Notes: a model not told the origin generated them from the sequence alone. DNA of 64,000 nucleotides from an uncultured Rickettsiales bacterium (GCA_964484565.1 CAZAGG010000006.1:38306-102305), one strand, 5' to 3'. Shown: positions 1 through 8,947, counted from the stretch's first letter. Made by a program: numbers and translations.

Positions 1-35
1 GGTTGGCTCATATCTGCTTTTGAGAAAGAATAGGG

Positions 36-1055
36 TTGTTGGTTAAGCAAAAAATAAAAGAACTTGGCAGCATTAATATTGCTGAGTTTATGAAATTGGC
101 TCTAACATCTGAAGAATATGGATATTATGCCAATCAAAATCCCTTTGGTGTTGATGGAGATTTTATCACCGCACCTGAAATAAGCCAGATGTTTGGAGAA
201 ATTGTCGCAGCTTGGATCATTGATAAATTACTTTCAGTTGAAGCTAATAATACCAGATTTCAATTGATAGAGCTTGGAGCAGGTAGAGGAACATTACTTG
301 CCGATTGTCTTAGAATTATCTCAAAGTTTTCATCAATTGCACAAAAATTAGACGTGATAATTATTGAGGCGAGCAATCAGCTCATTCAGGTTCAAAAAGA
401 TAGACTATCAAAATACTCTGGCTTTAATATTAGATGGCAAAATAATTTAGATAATCTGAAGAATCACTTTACGCTATTTATCGCCAATGAGTTTTTTGAC
501 GCTCTGCCCATTCAACAATATCAGAAGATTGAAAATCAATGGTATGAAAGAATAGTGGTCTATAATAATAAAACTGATTTGCTCGAATTTGGATTATCAA
601 AAGATAAGGCAAATATAGCCGCAGATATACAGGCAGACTTTTTTGAGAAATCCGAAGAATCTATAGCAATTATGAACTTGATATGTGAGCAAATTAAGCA
701 AAATCACGGGGCGGCACTGATATTTGATTACGGTTATTTCGCAGGTTATGCAGATACTTTGCAGGCAGTTAAAGCGCACAAGTTTCACCCAGTCCTTCAA
801 GATGTGGGCAAGGCAGATATAACCGCTCATGTGAATTTCGGAGCACTAAACAAAGTAGCCGAAGATAAAGGCTTGCTGTCAAGGCTTGCAACTCAAAGAG
901 ATTTTCTGATTGCAAATGGAATTCTAATTAGAGCCGAAAAGCTAATGTTGCAGGCAAATGATGCTCAAAAAGAGCAAATCAAAAGCGCACTGCATCGCTT
1001 AATATCTGTTGAAGAAATGGGCGAATTGTTTAAGGTTATTGAGATAAGTAATTAG
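36..1055 (+). CDS. SAM-dependent methyltransferase, MidA/NDUFAF7 (DUF185) family
   Basis: 339-aa ORF with FITAPEISQMFGE and LIELGAGRGTL (SAM-binding) blocks typical of the MidA family. TTG start at 36 follows an in-frame stop at 21-23. Confidence 0.75.
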   Translation: MLVKQKIKELGSINIAEFMKLALTSEEYGYYANQNPFGVDGDFITAPEISQMFGEIVAAWIIDKLLSVEANNTRFQLIELGAGRGTLLADCLRIISKFSSIAQKLDVIIIEASNQLIQVQKDRLSKYSGFNIRWQNNLDNLKNHFTLFIANEFFDALPIQQYQKIENQWYERIVVYNNKTDLLEFGLSKDKANIAADIQADFFEKSEESIAIMNLICEQIKQNHGAALIFDYGYFAGYADTLQAVKAHKFHPVLQDVGKADITAHVNFGALNKVAEDKGLLSRLATQRDFLIANGILIRAEKLMLQANDAQKEQIKSALHRLISVEEMGELFKVIEISN

Positions 1056-1090
1056 CGATATTTAGCAATAATATAAAAATAGGCTCTTGA

Positions 1091-1930
1091 ATGATAACAG
1101 GAAATGCAATGGTTGCTGGCGTAGTGGGCTATCCTATCAAGCATTCTCTATCTCCAATGCTTCATAATGGATGGATAAAAGAGCTTGGAATAGATGCGGC
1201 CTATATTCCGCTTTTAATTGCTCCCGATGATTTTAAAGATGCAATCTCAGGTCTTAAAAAGTCTGGATTTAGGGGGCTTAATATAACGCTTCCACATAAA
1301 GAAACGGCTTATCAAATATGCGATGAGTTAGATGAATCTGCTCTTGCAACTAATGCTGTTAATACCATCGTTTTTAAAGACTCTAAAACATATGGATATA
1401 ACACTGACTGCTATGGTTTCACACAAGGGCTTTTAAGAAACTCTGAAGCGTTTAATGCAGCGAATAAGAAAGCGATTGTTTTAGGCGCAGGCGGCGCGGC
1501 AAGAGCCGTGATTCACGCCCTAAAAGAAGTTGGTTATGGGCACATAACCGTTTTTAATCGCACAGGCGAAAAAGCAAAGCAAATTGCTGATAAATTCAGC
1601 ATAAATTATGACTCACTGGAAAATATCAATAATCATCTTGGTAATGCCTCTTTGATTGTTAATACAACATCTGTTGGCTTAAATCTTGATGACGGCGTGC
1701 CCTTTGACATAGATATGAGCCATTTAAAAGCAGAAGCAATAGCCTATGATTTAATATACAACCCAGCAAAAACAGTATTTTTAAAGCTCGCAGAAGAAAG
1801 AGGTTGCAGGATTATAAACGGGTTAGAGATGCTAATTTTTCAGGCAATTAAGGGTTTTGAGATGTGGTTTTTAAAGAAGCCTCAAATTACTAACGACTCC
1901 ATAAAATCTATTATCGAGATAAGCGGATAG
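1091..1930 (+). CDS. aroE: shikimate dehydrogenase
   Basis: N-terminal VVGYPIKHSLSPMLHN and LNITLPHK blocks, GAGGAARA NADP-binding loop, about 280 aa. Classic aroE-coaE synteny. Confidence 0.9.
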   Translation: MITGNAMVAGVVGYPIKHSLSPMLHNGWIKELGIDAAYIPLLIAPDDFKDAISGLKKSGFRGLNITLPHKETAYQICDELDESALATNAVNTIVFKDSKTYGYNTDCYGFTQGLLRNSEAFNAANKKAIVLGAGGAARAVIHALKEVGYGHITVFNRTGEKAKQIADKFSINYDSLENINNHLGNASLIVNTTSVGLNLDDGVPFDIDMSHLKAEAIAYDLIYNPAKTVFLKLAEERGCRIINGLEMLIFQAIKGFEMWFLKKPQITNDSIKSIIEISG

Positions 1931-1932
1931 TA

Positions 1933-2541
1933 ATGAAAAAAAACCCCTTTGTTATTGGCATTACGGGTAGTATCGGAATGGGTAAATCCACCGTATCCAG
2001 TCAATTTACAAAGTTTGGCGCAATAGTGCATGATGCAGATAAGTCAGTTCACAAGATTTATCAAAGTAAAGAAACGATAGATTTATTTAAAAACATTTTT
2101 CCATCATCAATAGTCGATGGAAAAATAAACCGCGAAGCACTCTCAAAGCTGGTTTTGCAAGACAAAGCTAACCTAAAGAAAATTGAAAATATAATCCACC
2201 CACTAGTTAAACAAGATAGAGAACGCTTTATAAAACTTTGCCGCAGAAACAGGCGAAAACTTGTTATATTTGATATTCCGCTTTTATATGAAAGTGGTGC
2301 AGATAGTGAATGTGACATTGTTATAGTTGTCTCATCTCCCTTATGGCTACAGAAAGCCAGAGTCTTTAGACGCGATAAGTCAATGACCGAAGAAAAATTT
2401 AAAGCAATCTTAATGCGTCAAATGCCAGATTACATAAAAAGGCGAAAAGCTGATATTGTAATCAAAACAAGTCTTGGTAAGGCGTACACTATGAAAAGAG
2501 TGAAGCAGTGCCTAGCGCATATGTGCGGCGGCAAGAAGTGA
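1933..2541 (+). CDS. coaE: dephospho-CoA kinase
   Basis: P-loop IGITGSIGMGKST at the N-terminus, about 200 aa, immediately downstream of aroE. Confidence 0.9.
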   Translation: MKKNPFVIGITGSIGMGKSTVSSQFTKFGAIVHDADKSVHKIYQSKETIDLFKNIFPSSIVDGKINREALSKLVLQDKANLKKIENIIHPLVKQDRERFIKLCRRNRRKLVIFDIPLLYESGADSECDIVIVVSSPLWLQKARVFRRDKSMTEEKFKAILMRQMPDYIKRRKADIVIKTSLGKAYTMKRVKQCLAHMCGGKK

Positions 2542-2967
2542 GAAAAGTCGGCGAGTAGTTTCAAAGTCTGTTTCCATATTTGGAGCAAGCAATTCTCTTA
2601 AGACTTCGGCAGCTTCATTATGCAACCCTCTTCTTCCCATATCAATTGCTTCGATTCTTGCTGGGTTGCCAGACCTAACTGCATCATTATAACTTTCTTT
2701 AATGATTAGATAGTCTCTTATCAGGCTTCTTAGGGGAGTGATATAAAACTCAGCAAGTCTCTTTTTTGAACTGGTTTCGCAGAAAACATCAATTAAAACC
2801 TTTGAAGCTGTAAACCTTATTTCGAGTGTGTAAGGTCCGCTTAAATCTGGAACCGCAATAAAACTCTCACGCTTTAGATCTGCAATTGCTGAGATTTTTT
2901 CGTTATCAAGATCAGCCGTCTTCCTGAGTCCTGTGGGGTCGTTGATTATAATATCTTTAATTTTCAT
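2512..2967 (-). CDS. UPF0262 family protein (alphaproteobacterial)
   Basis: 151 aa. The block NEKISAIADLKRESFIAVPDLSGPYTLEIRF resembles the UPF0262 signature (repeat-like E.E...A..DL...N.F.P...GPY.L.L). Confidence 0.65.
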   Translation of the reverse strand: MKIKDIIINDPTGLRKTADLDNEKISAIADLKRESFIAVPDLSGPYTLEIRFTASKVLIDVFCETSSKKRLAEFYITPLRSLIRDYLIIKESYNDAVRSGNPARIEAIDMGRRGLHNEAAEVLRELLAPNMETDFETTRRLFSLLAAAHMR

Positions 2968-3703
2968 CTAAAAACTTACCCAGTGCATTAGCAAGAACTT
3001 TTTGGGTGACTTCTTTTAGCTCACCTTCTTTTAAGTTACCTAGATTAAAGCTGCCATATGATATTCTAATCAGTCTGCTCACGGGGTAGCCTAGATGCTC
3101 CATTATCCTTCTGATTTCCCTATTTTTTCCTTCGCGTAGAGATAATTCAACCCATGAATTACTTTTTGTAGAACTTTCTTTGACAACGGTTATTGGGGCA
3201 TATTTCATACCATCAACTGTGATACCTTTTTGTAGTTTCTCTATATCCTCGTCGGTTAAATTGCCAAAAATTCTAGCTCTATATTTCCTTATCCATCCTG
3301 TAGATGGAAGCTCAAGATGACGCGATAAATCTCCGTTATTGGTAAGAAGCAAAAGTCCTTCTGAGGTTAAGTCTAGCCTGCCCACATATATAGCATTTTG
3401 CATGTCAGCAGGTAGAAGATTGTATATAGTTTCGCGGCCTTTTTCATCTTTGCGGCTTACAACATACCCAGATGGCTTATGAAAGAGCCATAGTCTAGTT
3501 TTATCAGCAGGTTTTATAAGTTTATTATTTACTTCTATTATATCATCGGCAGTTACATTGAGGGCAGGGGAATCTATTCTAACGCCATTAACGCTCACCT
3601 TGCCAAAGGCTATAAGCCGCTCTGCTTCTCTGCGCGAGCATAGGCCAGAGCCTGCAATAAACTTTGCGATTCGTTCTGATTTTGATTTAGTCACTGTTCT
3701 CAT
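2957..3703 (-). CDS. pseudouridine synthase, RsuA/RluB family (S4 domain plus catalytic GRLD)
   Basis: N-terminal S4 RNA-binding region (IAGSGLCSRREAERLI) and catalytic motif YVGRLDLTSEGLLLLTNNGDL. Confidence 0.85.
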   Translation of the reverse strand: MRTVTKSKSERIAKFIAGSGLCSRREAERLIAFGKVSVNGVRIDSPALNVTADDIIEVNNKLIKPADKTRLWLFHKPSGYVVSRKDEKGRETIYNLLPADMQNAIYVGRLDLTSEGLLLLTNNGDLSRHLELPSTGWIRKYRARIFGNLTDEDIEKLQKGITVDGMKYAPITVVKESSTKSNSWVELSLREGKNREIRRIMEHLGYPVSRLIRISYGSFNLGNLKEGELKEVTQKVLANALGKFLDEN

Positions 3704-3708
3704 GCCGC

Positions 3709-4494
3709 TTATTTATAGTGACTATAGCTTAAAGTTTTGATAATGCCTCTTAGGGTTCTAACTTCTTGATCGGTTAAGTTTGTTCGTGCAAATATATTGC
3801 GTATGTTGCGAATCATAACTTCTTTTTTTGATTCAGATTTAAAATATTCTGCTTTTTCCAATTCACCTTCCAGATGAGTGTAGAAATCTGTTATTTCTTT
3901 TGCAGTTGCTAGTTCAGATTTTCCAGTTTTAAGCGGTTCTTGTTTTAATCCAACCTGTTTACTGAACAATGAATAGGCTATCACCACGGCTGACTGAGCG
4001 ATATTTAAAGAGCTATAATCTGGGTTGGTTGGAATCTCTATTATCGCATTTGCAAAGACAATATCATCATTATCTAGGCCTGTTCTTTCGGGGCCAAAAA
4101 GAATTCCCGTTCGGTTATCATTGTGAATATCATGAATTACATTCTCTGCCATTCGTTCAGGATTCATAATTGGCTTTACCATATCACGCCTTCTGGCTGT
4201 AGTAGCATATAAAACGTTTAGGTCAGCAATCGCTTCTTTTGTGGTTTGATAGACTATTGCATTTTCTATTACATCTTTTCCGCCCGCTGCCATTCTAATC
4301 GCCACTTGGTATAGTGACTTGTGATAGCAATCTTTAAACAACATCGGCTCAATAGATTCATGTTTCAGTAACTTTGAAGAAGTGCCTCTGGGTTTAACTA
4401 ACCTTAATTCAGAAATACCAAAGTTAGACATTGCGCGAGCAACCGCACCAATATTTTCAGGAAGTTGTGGCCGAACAAGAATAAAACATGTCAT
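3709..4494 (-). CDS. SpoU/TrmH-class RNA 2'-O-methyltransferase (TrmJ-like)
   Basis: RPQLPENIGAVARAMSNFG N-terminal motif and LFGPERTGL / IPTNPDYSSLNIAQSAVV SPOUT motifs. Confidence 0.75.
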   Translation of the reverse strand: MTCFILVRPQLPENIGAVARAMSNFGISELRLVKPRGTSSKLLKHESIEPMLFKDCYHKSLYQVAIRMAAGGKDVIENAIVYQTTKEAIADLNVLYATTARRRDMVKPIMNPERMAENVIHDIHNDNRTGILFGPERTGLDNDDIVFANAIIEIPTNPDYSSLNIAQSAVVIAYSLFSKQVGLKQEPLKTGKSELATAKEITDFYTHLEGELEKAEYFKSESKKEVMIRNIRNIFARTNLTDQEVRTLRGIIKTLSYSHYK

Positions 4495-4651
4495 TTTAGA
4501 CTCTATTATTAAATATATTAGCGATTTATATGTGCAACTCTTTTGGTCAAAAGTATACTTTTACGACTAAATTTGTCATATAACTTCTAAACATCCTTCT
4601 GATGTAGTCCCCAAATACTCTACTCAGAATCTTTATTGTTCTCTAACAAAT

Positions 4652-5425
4652 TCAGTCGCACGGTAAATCCTTAATGTGCTTTAGTTGATATAAAGCAATG
4701 GCAGTAGCATTTGAAACATTTAAACTTTCCATGTTCTTTGAAATCGGAATCTTTACAACGTAATCACAATTCTCTCTTGTTAGTCTCCTTAGGCCGTCTC
4801 CCTCTGCACCAAGAATCAGCAAAGTCTTGTCAGATGGTTTTATTTCTGAAATTGTTTTGTCAGTGTTACCATCTAGGCCAATGCTCCAGAATCCTGCTTT
4901 TTGGAACTCTTTTATGGTAGATGCAAAATTTCCCGCCCGAATGATTGGAACAAACTCTATTCCACCCGAAGATACTTTAGTGATAACAGATGTTTGCTCA
5001 GGGGCGTTATGGCCGCATATTAAGAGCCCATCAACACCAAAGGCTGCCGAACTTCTTAGAATAGCCCCCACATTATGTGGATCTGTCACCTGATCAAGGG
5101 CTACAATTAAAACCTCTTTCTTATCAGCTATCTCGCTCAAAAAAGATGTTACATCATATTCTGGAAGGTTTTCAACTTCTGCCGCCATTCCCTGATGAAC
5201 GGCAGATTGTGGCAATAATGCTGAAATTTTAGCAGGCTCCGTTATCTCTAAAATTGCTTTGTGCCTATCCAAAATCTCTGAGTTTTTCTCATAGACAGGT
5301 TTTGTGACTATAATTCTATGGAATTTTCTTCGCGGATTGTTAAGCGCCGAAATTACTGCATGTCTGCCATAAATCAGCGGGTTTTTAGAGGAAGTCGAAT
5401 ATTTTTTTCTGTTATCAATTGACAT
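4652..5425 (-). CDS. rlmB: 23S rRNA (guanosine-2'-O-)-methyltransferase RlmB-like (SpoU family)
   Basis: TDPHNVGAILRSSAAFG, LILGAEGDGL and SLNVSNATAIALY SPOUT motifs, with an N-terminal substrate-binding domain (IYGRHAV). Confidence 0.8.
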   Translation of the reverse strand: MSIDNRKKYSTSSKNPLIYGRHAVISALNNPRRKFHRIIVTKPVYEKNSEILDRHKAILEITEPAKISALLPQSAVHQGMAAEVENLPEYDVTSFLSEIADKKEVLIVALDQVTDPHNVGAILRSSAAFGVDGLLICGHNAPEQTSVITKVSSGGIEFVPIIRAGNFASTIKEFQKAGFWSIGLDGNTDKTISEIKPSDKTLLILGAEGDGLRRLTRENCDYVVKIPISKNMESLNVSNATAIALYQLKHIKDLPCD

Positions 5426-5498
5426 GACGATATTATGTTATATTTATACCCCTCTTTACTAGTATAAAAGTGTGTAGAATCATAACACATTTTTTGAT

Positions 5499-5584
5499 GG
5501 AGGGATGGCCGAGCGGTCAATGGCAGCAGACTGTAAATCTGCCGGTGTACACCTACGTAGGTTCAAATCCTACTCCCTCCACCA
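5499..5584 (+). tRNA. tRNA-Tyr (anticodon GTA), long variable arm, CCA encoded
   Basis: Hand-folded cloverleaf. Acceptor GGAGGGA/TCCCTCC, anticodon stem-loop GCAGA-CTGTAAA-TCTGC, T arm GTAGG-TTCAAAT-CCTAC, discriminator A then CCA. Close to the E. coli tRNA-Tyr layout. Confidence 0.95.
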
Positions 5585-5587
5585 CTT

Positions 5588-7069
5588 TCATTGTGAGATT
5601 TTTACTGAAGAGATTTGACCGCTGTTGCTTAGGGGGCAGGTTGCAGTTGGTTCGTTGATTGCGAAGTAAATAGTTCCAGAAAATGATGGAGTGATAGTTA
5701 TTTCGCTGCCAACCATAAACCAACTATCATCGAAAATTCCATCTGCATCAACATCCTTATTGCCTGCAGTTGAATCGTCATCAATTCTTGCTATCAATGC
5801 ACCAACGGGTGAGTTGGTAGAGGGAGAAGTGGCATCAGCCGAAGTGCTACCCGCCGCGCTATAAAGTGCAAATGCGGGGAAATCATGACTCCATGTATTG
5901 GCCGTGCTTGCCGTAATTGTCAGTGGAATTCCAGATGCTGTTGTAAATGCGCTATTTACAGGAGAGTTAGCACAAGCGGTTGCAGGCACATCGACGGTAA
6001 AATCTGGTTTACAGGTACCAAGCACACCATCTGTATAATTAAAAGCTGTTATAAATCCCTGACTTTCTCCAAAACATTGGCAGTCGCTATATGTTCTGGA
6101 GGGGGTTGTGGAAGGCCCAAGCCATCTTAGATTAGGAGAGCAATCGGTTGATGATGGTTGTTGTGCAGAACAAACACGAGAAAGCACTTTTGCTGCTTCA
6201 ATAACTTTTGTTGCCATGTCTGCATAGGTTGCATCTGATTCTAAAGATCCAAGACCGTTATCTTCTATCATCTGAGCATCATTACAGGCTATAGATTGCA
6301 ATCTAATTGGGGCAACCGTCATTTTCTTTTGCGATATATCGTTCATTCGTCTGAAAATTGTTATATCATCAAAATATGTCGAGCGTTCAGCCTGCACATA
6401 AACCTTGTCGTTTTGATGGTCATAATTTTCTTCTTCAATCGTTGAAGAGACATTTGCAGGCATGTTAATGCCAGATTTTAGCCATCCATAATATCCATTT
6501 GAGCCATGACTGATTATTACATACGCCGCACCATAATTATACGGAGGAGCTTTATTAATTTCTGTCAGTTCGCTGCCATTAATATTGATTATCGATAAAT
6601 CACCCCTTGTTATGTCGGCCTGAAAATGTGATTTATTACCAGTTCCTGAGGCGATTCGATATGTAAGACGCCTTCCCCAACTATCATACATATATTCATC
6701 TGGAAGATTAAGTGTTCTGGTAGGAACAACACCAGCATCGCCCATTCCTGCATCAACTGTTACGCATTCTCTGGTTGATTCGTCATAGTTGTTATCTGCG
6801 CCGCCTGTCGGAGTTATTCCAAAGCTCGCGCTATTTTCTGCTGCTGCACCTGATGCAGGGCATGGAAGGTATCCATTCATATCAAAAAAGTTTTGAATAG
6901 CTTCCGCCACCACATCCATTTTCTTTTGCGTAAGCCTAATATCATCAGCTTGGTTCTTCTTGCCCAAAATTGTAATCGTGCTTGCGGCGATAATGCTCAA
7001 AATTGTTATAACGATTGAAAGCTCTATTAAAGTATATCCATTTGTTAGCCGCATTTTCTTTATAAACAT
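5588..7069 (-). CDS. large prepilin-type N-terminal cleavage/methylation domain protein (GspG-like core, Cys-rich, lectin-like C-terminus)
   Basis: The ORF track starts it at 7108. A likely start is M14 (7069) or M19 (7054), giving leader ..MRLTNG|YTLIELSIVITILSIIAA. It is a paralog of the upstream gene (shared DSWGRRLTY and AAYVIISHGSNG blocks). Confidence 0.7.
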   Translation of the reverse strand: MFIKKMRLTNGYTLIELSIVITILSIIAASTITILGKKNQADDIRLTQKKMDVVAEAIQNFFDMNGYLPCPASGAAAENSASFGITPTGGADNNYDESTRECVTVDAGMGDAGVVPTRTLNLPDEYMYDSWGRRLTYRIASGTGNKSHFQADITRGDLSIININGSELTEINKAPPYNYGAAYVIISHGSNGYYGWLKSGINMPANVSSTIEEENYDHQNDKVYVQAERSTYFDDITIFRRMNDISQKKMTVAPIRLQSIACNDAQMIEDNGLGSLESDATYADMATKVIEAAKVLSRVCSAQQPSSTDCSPNLRWLGPSTTPSRTYSDCQCFGESQGFITAFNYTDGVLGTCKPDFTVDVPATACANSPVNSAFTTASGIPLTITASTANTWSHDFPAFALYSAAGSTSADATSPSTNSPVGALIARIDDDSTAGNKDVDADGIFDDSWFMVGSEITITPSFSGTIYFAINEPTATCPLSNSGQISSVKISQ

Positions 7070-8175
7070 TGCGTGCCACTCCAAGTTTGACCAGTAGGGC
7101 AAGCGCAAGATCTGGTGGATGAGTTATACACTCTTCCAGATGGGCATTTACGAATATTAGCAGATGCATATTCAGCAGGATAATATTTCGCGCAAACCTC
7201 TTGTAATTGCCACAATACCCCTAGAATTCTATCGCCAGCATTAAATGGGGCAAAATAATCAGTAGTCATTGCTGCAAACGCACTATTAACTGATGTGTTC
7301 GTTGCAGAATCAAATTTCTCAATGATTTCTGAGACAGAATTATAATCATTAGTAGTTATATCGTGGCAATAGATAAGTTCTAAGGCCGAAGAGGATGTTG
7401 CATCAAATGCAATTTCTATTTTTGCCGTGTCTCTTATTCGATATTCAATCTGGCTCTTAGTTTTAAATCTGATTATGTCATCAAATTTTGCTCTGCCTGC
7501 TTCATATCCACCACTTGTATTTAGTTGTGAACCGACGGGATCAACCCAAAATATATTATCATTATCAAGATTTTCACTTTCATTGGTTGTGCCTATAGAT
7601 ATTGAGCGTTGTTCGCCATTTGAGAGATAAGCTCCATTTCCGTTTGCGCCATGGCTAATAATTACATAAGCGGCTTCTGTTGTAATTTCAGCAGGAACCG
7701 AAGCGGTTGCTTTGGTAATGGTTATGTTGCCATTATTATCGTTATAGTCTGTTGGGGTGCAGTTTAGAGTTGCTCCCGTTCCTTCGACATCGCATATCGA
7801 GTTTGCAACTTGATATGTGAATCTTCTGCCCCATCCATCAACTGCTATATCTCTATTAATCCCAAGAGTTTTTGCGGGAAGAACTCCCTTGTTTAGGCCA
7901 GCAACACCCGTGCAGTTTTCTTCAAATACAAGAGGGCTTGTGTCAGATAAAATAGAACTGGCTGCACATGGAAGTCTGCCATATTTTACTCTAAAATTTT
8001 CTAGTGCGATTTCTATTTCATTAAGTCGAGATTGCGTAATGCGGAGCTTCTCAACTTCTGCGACAGTTGCAGGTGTTATCCACGAAAGTAAGGCAGTCAT
8101 TATTATCGCAATAATGGTTATCCATATAGATAACTCTATTAAACTAAAACCATTGCTATTGCATTTTCGTAACAA
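7060..8175 (-). CDS. large prepilin-type N-terminal cleavage/methylation domain protein (GspG-like core, Cys-rich C-terminus)
   Basis: Leader MLRKCNSNG|FSLIELSIWITIIAIIMTAL fits the N_methyl motif. It has DGWGRRFTY and AAYVIISHGANGNG pseudopilin-like blocks and is 371 aa. Confidence 0.75.
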   Translation of the reverse strand: MLRKCNSNGFSLIELSIWITIIAIIMTALLSWITPATVAEVEKLRITQSRLNEIEIALENFRVKYGRLPCAASSILSDTSPLVFEENCTGVAGLNKGVLPAKTLGINRDIAVDGWGRRFTYQVANSICDVEGTGATLNCTPTDYNDNNGNITITKATASVPAEITTEAAYVIISHGANGNGAYLSNGEQRSISIGTTNESENLDNDNIFWVDPVGSQLNTSGGYEAGRAKFDDIIRFKTKSQIEYRIRDTAKIEIAFDATSSSALELIYCHDITTNDYNSVSEIIEKFDSATNTSVNSAFAAMTTDYFAPFNAGDRILGVLWQLQEVCAKYYPAEYASANIRKCPSGRVYNSSTRSCACPTGQTWSGTQCL

Positions 8176-8177
8176 TT

Positions 8178-8783
8178 CTAAAGCTCTTTTCTGACCCTTG
8201 CCACTATCTCATCAATTGGTTGAGTATTGTTAAAGTGAGTAATGTATTTACCCTCCTTATTCATGTAGTATATGAAAGATGAGTGATCGACCAAATAATC
8301 TTCAGGATATTCGTGGTTCTCAACTTTTTTATAAAAAACCTTATAAGCCTTAGCTGCAATTTCTATTTCTTCTTTGGTTCCAGTGAGATACATTATTTTA
8401 TCGCTGAAGTTAGTTGAATTTTCATTGAGTTGCTCAACGGTATCTCTTTCAGGATCAACCGTAATAAAAATTACGTTTAACTTGTTCATTTCTTCTCCAA
8501 GCAAGTTAATAACTTGGTTTAAACGCCCTAGATCAGTTGGGCAAATATCAGGACAATAAGTAAAACCGAAATAAACTAATAAGTTTTTTCCATGAAAATC
8601 TTTATCACTAACTCTTATTCCCTTGTGGTTGGTGAGGGCAAATGACCCTCCTATTGCTGCTTCTCCACCTGCGATTTCATATCTATCAGCATGATTTTTA
8701 CCGCTTAGTTGCTGATAGCCTAGCACACCTAGCAAAATCGCAACTCCTGCCCATAAAACCATTCTTATTTTTCTAAAATGCAT
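8178..8783 (-). CDS. SCO1/SenC family copper chaperone (cytochrome oxidase assembly)
   Basis: Single TM plus a thioredoxin fold with FGFTYCPDICPTDL (CxxxC) and the conserved downstream His (VDHSSF). ATG at 8783 has a GGGGA Shine-Dalgarno sequence. The ORF track GTG at 8795 is an alternative. Confidence 0.9.
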   Translation of the reverse strand: MHFRKIRMVLWAGVAILLGVLGYQQLSGKNHADRYEIAGGEAAIGGSFALTNHKGIRVSDKDFHGKNLLVYFGFTYCPDICPTDLGRLNQVINLLGEEMNKLNVIFITVDPERDTVEQLNENSTNFSDKIMYLTGTKEEIEIAAKAYKVFYKKVENHEYPEDYLVDHSSFIYYMNKEGKYITHFNNTQPIDEIVARVRKEL

Positions 8784-8821
8784 GTGTATCCCCACAAAAA
8801 AGTTAATATACGCTTAAAGGT

Positions 8822-8850
8822 TTGACAGAAACTAAAAAACAGAATATAAT
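8822..8850 (+). promoter_or_regulatory. perfect consensus sigma70 promoter (TTGACA-17 nt-TATAAT)
   Basis: TTGACA at 8822-8827, exactly 17 nt of spacer, TATAAT at 8845-8850. It faces the 8948 ORF and bamE. Confidence 0.5.
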
Positions 8851-8947
8851 TCAAGAAACTAGCATAATTTTAAATTATGCTCAAAAAATATAATAGCAGC
8901 CGAAAAAATGGTTGCAAGGTTTGTGTCACGTTTAGAAAAAGGATTCG

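Noticed and set aside
5470-5658. 62-aa ORF on the plus strand
   Set aside because: It is a translation straight through the tRNA-Tyr gene.
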